DNA of 63,426 bases, counting the filler, from Lenisia limosa (Eukaryota; Protista; Breviatea): NCBI GenBank assembly GCA_001655205.1. It is 13 parts of 13 records of this genome, joined end to end, with 100 filler letters (N's around TTAATTAATTAA, not from the genome) between each part and the next. Parts side by side here need not be neighbours in the genome. Positions count along the whole stretch, not along the records: positions 1 to 6,575 come from LPNZ01008067.1; positions 6,676 to 13,366 come from LPNZ01006823.1; 11 more parts are not named here. One strand, written 5' to 3'. Positions 1 through 10,311 of the stretch are shown here, one piece after another. Every line of letters starts with the position of its first letter. Position 1 is the first letter of the stretch. The translations under genes and the position numbers were made by a program. The notes beneath the pieces are model-generated. The model had not been told where the DNA came from and made no database searches. It saw only the letters and a program-made list of their open reading frames with translations.

Positions 1-201
1 CAACTCTGTTGGGGGTAAAATTTGGAAATTTATATTACAAATATAATTATCTTAAACTTAAAAGTTAAGAAGGCACATGAACAATTGACGTTAAAGGCGA
101 ACAACAGTCACAACTCTAGAACAGATACAGTATAAGAAGGGTGGAGGAGGCTGATATTTAGACAAAATATTGTTTTGATGTGAAAAATCCCCCCAACCTA
201 C

Positions 202-3200
202 CTTGCTTCATAGACTTCAGAGTGTAACGGTCTCGGTTAATTCCAGCTAATTCCTCCTGGAGGGCTCTGTGGAATTGATCAGTTGTACTCTCACAATACT
301 AGACACAAAACAAAAAAATATCGGGTTATAAAAGCACCAATATTGCTTATTTACAATTAGACAACTATGTCTGAATGCGAAAATATCGCGATAGTATGGA
401 CGGCTTACAGCTGCTACTTCCTTTTTAATAATAGCTTATATATTACATTAGAATGTTACCAGCAAACGCATTTCTTTCTTCTTTTAACCCACCATGCACC
501 CCTCCCAGCCACCATACCCATACCCATATTCCCTCTTAAGACCCCCCCNNNNNNNNNNNNNNNNNNNNNNNNNNNNNNNNNNNNNNNNNNNNNNNNNNNN
601 NNNNNNNNNNNNNNNNNNNNNNNNNNNNNNNNNNNNNNNNNNNNNNNNNNNNNNNATTCGAGGTCAATTCCTCTACCTAAAGCGAATGATTTAGAAAAAA
701 ATAATATGCTTGTATTTTCTATCATATGAAATTGTAAAAGAGGAGATAATTTCCTTTTGAATTAAGCTAACCATTACTTGTAAATCTTTCAAAAGTCGAT
801 TATCATCCTCATCATCGGTTCACCTTTTGCACTGCTTTTCCACCCCCCCCCCCTCTATCAACCCTCCATACTTGTTGCTCTTTTTGAGATTTCTGCTCGG
901 TCAAAGCTTCGACTAACTTCTGCAAACGCAAAACTTCAGTCCTGGGGGGTGATAGTAAAAAAATGGGAAACTTGTATGAGAAAAAAAAAGAGCTTTTGAC
1001 AAAATATCTGAGAAATACATATAGAGAGAGAGAGCAGAGGGGGGGGGGGGGGNNNNNNNNNNNNNNNNNNNNNNNNNNNNNNNNNNNNNNNNNNNNNNNN
1101 NNNNNNNNNNNNNNNNNNNNNNNNNNNNNNNNNNNNNNNNNNNNNNACTGTAGTGACGCTGCCGTATCTGCCACTTGGGAATGATGACGCACCTTCTTCT
1201 CAACCGAATATCTGGGCGGTCACACTATATCATATATTATCTAGGGCCTCTCATGCGATCGGGAACTATTGAAATGATGACTTATCGAGAAATTCGGTCA
1301 ACAACTATAAACATGTATAGCAATGTGAAATAAAGGTTTTGTCTGGCCGAAGCCGTCTACACCAACATGCTTATAAGAAATATTGGATATTAATATAATG
1401 ATAATACGTACACAACAGGTCACTATATCAAAATAACAAACTAGGGTGTGCAAGGATTCTTCCTGGATTAATCTTGTATCCCCTCCCACCTTAAATCGCG
1501 AAGTTGTATCTTATATCCTTGGCTGACGTTCTGGACTTCTATATTTACATTAAAACAGAGCCGCTAGCCCCTCATATATAAACAGCTCTATCTCCCTCAC
1601 CCCCTCGGAGGCGCTGTACGGCGTCAAAAGCCGTTTTTTCCTGGTGTGACCGGAGGTCTTCAAGGTAAATCGACCTGTAATGTGTGAAATTCAACGAAAC
1701 TACAACTCTTCAAGCACTAACATCAGCACTAGCGTATAGTAGACATAGTTCGTTTAGAATTATTGTATTTTAAAACAATAAAATATATTTTGCATACCTA
1801 AATAACTCTTCACGGACCATCTGCATGACGTTGTGATAGGGTCCGAAGAGCCCGTCCGTCAGCATCGTATCCACCACCTGGGGGGGGGGGGTAAAACTAA
1901 GAAATTTCGATGGAGAGTATTGGTGTAAACGTACGGGGTAATAATAACTGTATTAACATATTTATTTTTTTCAAAAAATATAATCATTTTTGTCTCTGAA
2001 AGTGAAGACCCCGATAACGATATTCTGACAATCCATCATATATTATATTCCACCACCAATCTTCCATAAACATGATGTGGTCACGTAATCAAATGAAACT
2101 GAAAAAATATTGATATCTTTGAAGATTTATTGAGAAATTCCGTTTTTATGGAATTAAGCGCCCCTCTCGCAAACCTGAAAACATGCGTCAGTACGCATGA
2201 TGTGGGGTGAGGCCTAATGGGATAAAAATAAAAACTTGACGAGAAAAAAAAAAAAANNNNNNNNNNNNNNNNNNNNNNNNNNNNNNNNNNNNNNNNNNNN
2301 NNNNNNNNNNNNNNNNNNNNNNNNNNNNNNNNNNNNNNNNNNNNTTTCACACTTGAGAAAAAGAATACATCAAAACAAACACTACCACCCACCTTCCTGC
2401 CAATACTTCACCCCCAACCTCTTCACTTGTAAACGCTTGTGAGAGGGCTATTTCAAACGATAGCGGTTTGGACTTAATCTACGTGTAGGAAATAAGCATT
2501 GAAAAATAAAAGGTAGTATCTGGCCGAAGCCGTCCACCCAATCACGTTGATAAGCGATATTTGTACACTCACATAATCCACAGAACATTTGATTTAGAGG
2601 TAAAATGGTCAAGAATTAGAAAACGCACCCACTCTAACCCCCCCCCCCCCNNNNNNNNNNNNNNNNNNNNNNNNNNNNNNNNNNNNNNNNNNNNNNNNNN
2701 NNNNNNNNNNNNNNNNNNNNNNNNNNNNNNNNNNNNNNNNNNNNNNNNNNNNNNNNNNNNNNNNNNNNNNNNNNNNNNNNNNNNNNAACGGGCTTTTTTC
2801 AGCTGGCTGGGGGATTAATTGTTTAAAAGAATCAACTTTTTTGAAAATCAACTGCGAAAGGATAAGTGGTTAAATATCCTGGGGGGGGGGGAGTAAGCAG
2901 AAAAGAGGGGAGGTTGACTCATTATTGTCTAATAGTGTCCAATCTTCACTCAATCAAAATATATCAAATCTATGTTATGATACAACATATCGATTCAATA
3001 AGTATCCAAGACACCGACACTCACCTTCTGCGTCAATTCACGGTATGACGTGTTATAGTGTCCAAACGCCGGGCCAGCAGTTCGCGGCCGTATTGGTGCT
3101 GGGGAATAGGGAAATGAGAAATAAAAATAGGTGATGTCTGGCCGAAGCCGTCCACATCATATATCATATGTAAATAGCAATGAGAAATAAAAAGTACCTG

Positions 3201-3946
3201 ACCGAAGCCGTCCACACCATCCCTCTTATAAGAGGTATAGGATTATAGTATAATATTTATTCACCCAATCATTTGCCTTACGACTCTGTGCACACAGCTT
3301 TCTGCGTGCCTGTCATATCATTATTGATTAACACTGCCCTCAGCCCTCATATTCCTAAGATTCTATCAAAAAAAAAANNNNNNNNNNNNNNNNNNNNNNN
3401 NNNNNNNNNNNNNNNNNNNNNNNNNNNNNNNNNNNNNNNNNNNNNNNNNNNNNNNNNNNNNNNNNNNNNNNNNNNNNNNNNNNNNNNCCATAAAAATACC
3501 ACATACAAACCCTTTTGTTTGGTCTTCAGCCACAAAAAAAATACCCCATTTTGATGAACCCTACACTGTGTTGATGCAGCAAACGAGGTTTGTGGACGGG
3601 ATGGTGATGACGAAGTTGGAGGCCGGTTTCTGTGGGAAAATGAGTCCATTTAATATGATTTATACTTGTATTTGCATATTACTGCTATTACTCTGTGAAA
3701 GTATCCTTCCCCCAACCCCTCTCTTCATACACAACACACATAATATAATAATATATCCTCTCTCTCCCTCTTTCATAATTTACATCCTCTCCCATCAAGC
3801 TTTATATGAAGTATTTCAACGATTCATTTCCATTCCTCCCAGTTCCCTCTTTCACCCCCCCCCCACCCAAACTCCTTGACAAACGGGGTGATTCCTAAAG
3901 GCTCCCTTTCCCTCATATTGGGACTGTCTGACGACGACATGTCGAC
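202..3946 (-). CDS. Multi-exon gene, uncharacterised, partly coiled-coil (partial)
   Basis: Open GT-AG exons at about 3866-3946 (VDMSSSDSPNMREREPLGITPFVKEF), 3544-3629, 3025-3098 (PIRPRTAGPAFGHYNTSYRELTQK), 2419-2478, 1798-1878 (VVDTMLTDGLFGPYHNVMQMVREELF), 1601-1675, 872-941 (TEVLRLQKLVEALTEQKSQKEQQ) and 202-298. Gaps hide other exons; no family recognised. Confidence 0.6.
3175..3312 (-). mobile_element. Family C near-full-length copy in an intron
   Basis: Plus strand TAGCAATGAGAAATAAAAAG...GACCGAAGCCGTCCACACCATC...ATTCACCCAATCATTTGCCTTACGACTCTGTGCACACAGCTTTCTGCGTGCC. Confidence 0.8.
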
Positions 3947-5036
3947 CTGAAGGTGATGATTGATGTTGTTGATGTTGATGTTGGGTGGTGATGGTGGTGC
4001 TGTACGGTATGGAGCAAAAAAAACAGAGAGAGAAAAATGGAAATTGGGTTAAGTTTGACCAACAATGGTGGACAACACAACAAACGAATCAGTTGGAGGT
4101 GGAGTGGATCAAATGTAGAGCAAACCAACTCTATTGAACGAGTCCCAGCTTTGTCGCCACAAGAAGGCTTTCAATAGGCAGATGACACAGTGCAAACTTA
4201 CAAATAGACATCAATGTGTATTAATCACTGTCACTCCCATCCTAGGATGAGTAAAGGTATCTATCTAATCGCTCCCTTTAATCTACGACTGTTGATAGGG
4301 TTGACCTTGTGTTCCAATTTATTTTCTTCAAACTACTATGTCCTATGTTGTTGCAGCTTTGTTATATAATAGTATGCGCTTATGAGAATACACTGCGAAT
4401 AAAAGAGTTGATATTTTATGCTGGTGTGCCCGTACCGGGCTAACGCCTTTTGCATCAGTATGTGACAACCCACTATCTTCCATCATCGAACTACAATCGA
4501 ACTAACTTGAATTTAAGCAGACAGCCAACCAGACAACTAACACCCTGGGACGATAAATCGGTAAAGCGGCTGGGTAGTGAACTTTCCCGGTACGCACCAG
4601 GCATAATTCCTCCGTTAAGCTCTTGGTCTCGAGGTGGCATACAAGAAACTGAACTGGGTATAAATGTTAACATATCATATATGATATTGATAACAAGTTT
4701 CGAGTTCTCGTAAGATGACGACTTCGCGATGGGATTTATCTCTTGAAAAAGAGCTGCGTCAGTTTTCCGCTCTCCTTTCCCAAGCTTAGAAGGTTGTTCG
4801 TGGTGAAGGATTGAAGCTCTCTGTGTTGTGTTGTCAAGACAGCATTGAACATTTATTGTGGGAAAAGGTGAAGCCGGCATCCCCCTCCACCGCCCGCTTT
4901 TGGTATATCAAACAAGGTGTTCCTCAGAAGCAACATGGTTTTCTGATTATTGGAAATTTCTTCATTCAAATCGAAGTTCTTCTATACCCACATTGAAAAC
5001 AAGAAAGCCATATATATTGAAAACCCCTAAAACAAA

Positions 5037-6423
5037 CTAGATTTCCCCTAATTGCGTAGTTGCACCCCCCGTGTCCGCGTGTGTGTCGTAGAGCGGGTTG
5101 ACAGCCTGGGGATAAAATTGGAAAATTTAGGAAACAAAAAAGCCAAGGTTGAAAAATAAAAGACACCATGATCACAACTCCAAGAAAAAGACCAGGGATG
5201 GGGGTGGTAGATACGTGGAGTCGTGAAAATCCCAATGGTTTCAAAACAGCCTCCCTTCAACAAAAACCATGATACAAAATCTAAAAACCTCCCCAAATAA
5301 CACGTTTTGTTTGAGGAATAGCCCCCCCCCCCTCCAACGTCTTCAACACCACCCTCATAAAGAGTGTTTTCCTTGTCGTTCCATTGCATGCTCTTCTTTG
5401 AGGCGTTGAACTTGGACCATTCGCGCCTGGCCTGCATGGACTTGTAGCCCTTGTACGCCATAGCAGCTCCTTCGGGGGTCAGGAGAAAAAAACAAAAAAC
5501 AAAAACAAACAAAAAAAAAAAACTAATCACAAGGATGGAAGAAAAACAAAGCGTAATGTTACAAAATTGTCCTTTTTACTTTTTAGGGACAATTATATAA
5601 CAGAATTATGTAACAGAATCGTTACATTACCCCCGCCCCCCACCTCCAAGGCCAGCCATGCCTGCGAAAGCGGTCAGGCCCAATGCGAGGACGGTGGTTT
5701 CAACAAAGACTGGCTCGGCAGCTGTGGGAGGGGGCGGGTGAGAATAATTGGAATTTATGAATCAAAAAAGCCAGAAAAATACGTTTTTGGAAAGTTGGAG
5801 AGAAGACTCAGCTTTAGAGGGTCAAAACAAGACCAGTAAAAAACAAAAAAAAAACAAAAAAAACTATAATCCCCCCCACTTGGGCACTCTTCGGTCCTCT
5901 CAACGGTGCATTGCCAGTTCGCCAGGGAGCGACAGTATCCAGATTCNNNNNNNNNNNNNNNNNNNNNNNNNNNNNNNNNNNNNNNNNNNNNNNNNNNNNN
6001 NNNNNNNNNNNNNNNNNNNNNNNNNNNNNNNNNNNNNNNNNNNNNNNNNNNNNNNNNNNNNNNNNNNNNNNNNNNNNNNNNAAGGCCGAATGATGGATGG
6101 TTATGTTGTCAGGAATTGGGAGGTTTGTATTGTGGAGTTTGAGAATGGTTAAATAGGTCTTCCCTGTGTCCCAAAAAGACTGAATATCTCGATCAATCCT
6201 CTTGATCAAGCTCTATTATTGTTTGCGTGATGTGTTGACACATATCGATATTTATCCAGGAATTATGAGAAGATCAAAGGGGTAATGAATGCTATTCTGC
6301 AATAATGCTGCGCGAAAATATTGCAGATGTCCCACCATCTTCCCTCCTGGATTGGCCTTCAATGACAGTTCCGGGGGTGGCGGTTTCTTCGGCTTGGTAG
6401 TCCCCCATGCACCATCCGCATCC
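5037..6423 (-). CDS. 3' part of a type I membrane protein: PSI-like Cys motif, Gly/Ala-rich TM helix, tail with ENTLY and NPLY (integrin-beta/Sib-like)
   Basis: Exons 6336-6423 (GCGWCMGDYQAEE...), about 5880-5946 (ESGYCRSLANWQCTVERTEECP), 5644-5721 (TAEPVFVETTVLALGLTAFAGMAGLG), 5339-5469 (GAAMAYKGYKSMQARREWSKFNASKKSMQWNDKENTLYEGGVED) and 5037-5105 (AVNPLYDTHADTGGATTQLGEI*). Phases are compatible over the last three junctions. Confidence 0.72.
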
Positions 6424-6575
6424 CTAGAAATTATGAAAAAACTCTTCTCGGGGCAGAATTAATAAATTTAAAGTGGATGAAATTGAATGTTCAAAAAAAG
6501 CAGGCTGTTCTGTGACAGCAGCAAGGGATAGGGAAAATCTGCAGTATAAAGCTGTAGCTGGGGTGTACAACAGAT

Positions 6576-6675
6576 NNNNNNNNNNNNNNNNNNNNNNNNN
6601 NNNNNNNNNNNNNNNNNNNTTAATTAATTAANNNNNNNNNNNNNNNNNNNNNNNNNNNNNNNNNNNNNNNNNNNN
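6576..6675. other. Artificial contig-joining spacer (44N-TTAATTAATTAA-44N), first of 12
   Basis: Identical 100-bp spacers also at 13367-13466, 22584-22683, 26721-26820, 29225-29324, 40870-40969, 43819-43918, 45308-45407, 47790-47889, 53774-53873, 56619-56718 and 61723-61822. The 12-mer gives stops in all six frames. Confidence 0.97.
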
Positions 6676-6803
6676 CAAAGCCCAGGCCAGTCGCTTCTGC
6701 TTACGACGTAGATGTATGATAGTGAGAGGGGTAAAAGTGGAAATTAATCATAAAATGTAGAAAATAACAAAAGAAAACCACACCAGATTTATCACCCCCC
6801 CAC

Positions 6804-9800
6804 TCCATCTTATCAGCTCGGTGTTCAGCCTTCTCAGCCTTCTGCTCGTTCTCTATCGCCAGCCAGCGGACTTCCTCCGCCTCCTTCCACAGCTTCAGAT
6901 TCTCGGTCTCGGCTCTACGCATCCGCGCCATTGTGTCGGGCTGGGGGGGTTAAGAATAGTGGTAAATAGAAAATTTATGGGTAAAAATAGAAAATTAATA
7001 GGTAAAATCAACTCTGTTTGCCTTGGGTAGGTGGGGGGTAAGGAAATTTCGATTAAGAAGAGTGGTGCATAATAATCACAAACTGAATAATCTGAAACTC
7101 CAAAAAAGCAAGCAAAAATGAAGCAATAACAAAATGCAAACAAAAAATATCGTGCTATCTTCGCTCATTATTTCGGTGATCATATCACTAGTGGATATGG
7201 GTTAACGTATCCAATACACCCCACCCCCCACATACCTTCTTGCGATACACCGGGGCTGTTTGTGACCTTTTGATGATCATAATCTGAAGAAAATAAGAAA
7301 GCAAAAACAAACAAGCACAAAAAAAGCAAAGAAGAAAGAAAAATATTACACACACACACAAAATAAAGCAAGATAGTAAAAGAAGAAGAAGAAACCCACT
7401 TTAATATCCTTGCCAGGGGGCCAGGACTTCATGGCTTCTAGAATGTTCTCATCAGGACGGAAGTTCAATACCTCTACAATGTTAAGTGCAGGGAGTTTTA
7501 TTAATTTGTTCACACCAGATAATTTTAATTTGTTTCTAATGCCCCTATATGGTACTTCACTTCGGTTCGAAAAAGACCGGTAAAAAAATAATATCTGTAT
7601 GTATATATTTTTTTTTCGAGGATTTATCAAGAAATTCGGTCTTTTTTCGAACCGAAGTGAAGCCCTAACTATGTATGCCGGGGAGACGCAGAAAGTTGTG
7701 TGCACAAAGTTGTTAAGCAAATGATTCGGTGAATTAATATAATTCACTACCTCTTATAAGCGTGATGCTTCGGCCAGATCCAGCCTTATTTTTTTTTAAT
7801 CATTTCTATAGGTATATTAGTCATATGTATTTCACCCCCCCCCCCCCNNNNNNNNNNNNNNNNNNNNNNNNNNNNNNNNNNNNNNNNNNNNNNNNNNNNN
7901 NNNNNNNNNNNNNNNNNNNNNNNNAAACTTGACGTCAAATTTCGGTACGGCTTTGACCAGTAGTTGTTGGGCAGTGGTGTCGTGGTCGATCTCCACTGTT
8001 TTGCACATCTGAAACCGGTTAATTTCGACTGTTTAAAAAAACCCCAAATAAGGCAACTTAAACTCAAAAAGACAGAAAACTCCCAATAACGAACTCGCAC
8101 CAAAAAAGGCAGCTCTACTTATAACTAACCCCAAATAAGGCAATTTAAACTCAAACAAACCTCGGTCTTTTTGTCGGACACTGTGAGGTAGACCTTGACA
8201 AAGAGAAGCCGGCCGATAATGTTGGGGAATGGGGGAGTTTTAACCTGGTAGGGGGGGGGGGGNNNNNNNNNNNNNNNNNNNNNNNNNNNNNNNNNNNNNN
8301 NNNNNNNNNNTTGAAAACAACAAAATAACAAAGCTCAGGCTAGTCGCTGCATATAATAAAGAAAATGTCGATTAAGAATATAACATCACAACACATTGAG
8401 AGACCCTCATAATTTACAATTTGACTTTCAGATGATGAATACTTTTTCGCCAGTATTGTTATGGGAAACAGCCTTCATCCCCCCCACCTCTTTAGGTGGG
8501 CGATTGAAGATCTTCTTAAACACGTTTTTCTTCTTACGGGTGAGGGGCGGCGGCTCTTCACCTGAGATCAGACCCTGTCTTGGTGATTTGGTGGTTGGAT
8601 TATGGTGTGAAGATATAGAAAAGCCATATAATGGTGATGATATGGCGCGATTGTACTGATGTGAATAGATAAAGGAATATTATTGTGATAATAATATATA
8701 GCGTTACTTTAGTGATGTTACGGTATGCATATCGTGCATTGTGATGGTGATAGAAAGTAGGGCTTCATTGTGACAGCTAGCCCCTCCCACGGTATTGGTC
8801 GGTTCCGGCTCGGAATCACTCATACTCATCCCGTCGCTTTCTTCTTCTTCCTCCTCCTCATCATTATCTTGGCTTTCCTCTTCTTCCTCCTCCTCTTCTT
8901 CTTCATCGGAACTCTCCGGCGGCTGATTAATTGCCGGTCTCCGCTCCCGCATTGAGGACCTGCAGGGAAATAATTAAAGCTTCACTTTGGTTAAAAAAGA
9001 CTGAATTCTCGATAAATCGTCGATAAATATCGATATTACAGGTGTTTCAGAACCGAAAGTGAAGCTCTAGGAATTACACATTACAAATTTGATTTAGGCC
9101 AAGGGGAGGGAGGTGTAGCAACGCTAAAACTGGACAAAAACACAAGTTATCAAGCATCATAAATATGATGGGGACCTGATGGCGGTGGGGATAAAATTAA
9201 ACAATGGGGGGTTATACTCTCTAACACATATTATCCCCCCTGCGCGAACCGCATGGGTGCGCCGGTACTATTCCTGCGGCTTGCAGGGTTCGAAATGGCG
9301 ACACTAGCACGCCTGTTGAACGTCGGTGGCATGGACTGTCGGCCAGCCCTGGGAGGATTATATGGTACACCATATCGACAGTGCTATCCTTGATTTCAGC
9401 AGTCTTCTTCTAGTTTTCTTACACGTGTCCTTTCTATGGCTTCTATTTTCTCCCCTTAATCAAAAGTACTGGATCTATTCCTGAATTTATATTTTCTCCA
9501 CCTAAATCAAAAGTATTCCTCAATTCCTGAATATATATTTTCTATCACAAAATATGTCTCTATTCCTGAATTTTTATTTTCTTTCTCTAAAATTCAAGGG
9601 TTTCATTATTCCGTGACTTTGAGGATTCCGTTACAACAGTTAGAGGAAATAAAAAAAGTGACACTCATCCACACAACATGATGAAAAACCGTTGCTCATA
9701 TCTCCTTTTAACATGAAAATATATCACCAAACAACAGCAAATCGACAACAATGACCCCCCCCCCTCCAGTGATCACATCCGGCCAACCTCGGAGTAACCT

Positions 9801-10053
9801 CCTCGCTATCGCTTTCCGATGTTGCTGTCGGGGCTGGACGAGGGCGATACGTCGACACACTAGGTCGCCGACGGCCTTGTGACACCATTCGGCTCTGGGA
9901 AGCTGGTGATGATGATCGAGGCTGGCTGATCCCCATCACTGTCCTGCTGCGACCTGCAGGGCTTGACGGGTTTGTTGGCGGTCGTGCTCGAGAGGGAGGG
10001 ATCAGGGACCCACTCTCCTCCGATGAGCTGTCACCGGGAATGGTTGTTACCAT
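6804..10053 (-). CDS. Ras-association (RA/ubiquitin-fold) domain protein with Ser/Pro-rich N-terminus, acidic tract and C-terminal coiled coil (3' end missing)
   Basis: ATG 10053 (MVTTIPGDSSSEESGSLIPPSRARPP...); exon about 8787-8959 with poly-Glu. Spliced VYLTVSDKKTE|MCKTVEIDHDTTAQQLLVKAVPKFDV..|EVLNFRPDENILEAMKSWPPGKDIK|IMIIKRSQ fits the RA pattern. Exon 6804-6940 is coiled-coil (MARMRRAETENLKLWKEAEE...). Confidence 0.7.
7551..7667. mobile_element. MITE family A copy
   Basis: Long TIRs (G)GGCTTCACTTCGGTTCGAAAAAAG...CTTTTTTCGAACCGAAGTGAAGCCC. Confidence 0.8.
8977..9070. mobile_element. MITE family A copy
   Basis: AAGCTTCACTTTGGTT...AACCGAAAGTGAAGCTCTAG. Confidence 0.75.
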
Positions 10054-10311
10054 ATTTATGAGCTAGAAGCTCCCGGAGGGGCGCTTAAGCTGAGAACAGT
10101 TAGTTCCAGCGTGAGTGTTTCAGTTTATTTCTCACCTAATATTATACACTGAAGCTAATTAAAGACAGCTGCGCTAACTAAAAGAGAGAAAGCGATGGCT
10201 GAAATACTTGCATAAATAAAGCAGTTTCTTGGGGGGTTATACACCTAGTCTTTACGCCGATTTTGGCCCATTTCACACCTTTTGCTGATAGTTTAACTCT
10301 AGATTAGCAAA
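10054..10311. promoter_or_regulatory. Short divergent intergenic region (candidate bidirectional promoter)
   Basis: 258 bp between the RA-gene ATG (10053, minus) and the ZNF622 ATG (10312, plus) on one contig, with no gap. No specific motif identified. Confidence 0.45.

Noticed and set aside
3175-3312. Family C as a snoRNA, tRNA-derived SINE or Helitron
   Set aside because: I found no convincing box C/D or H/ACA set and no Pol III A/B boxes; the hairpin is about 35 nt from the 3' end, further than typical for Helitrons. Left unclassified.
4450-4996. Gene in the ORFs at 4450-4996 (either strand)
   Set aside because: I could not build a phase-consistent exon chain or recognise a domain; it may be UTR or intergenic.
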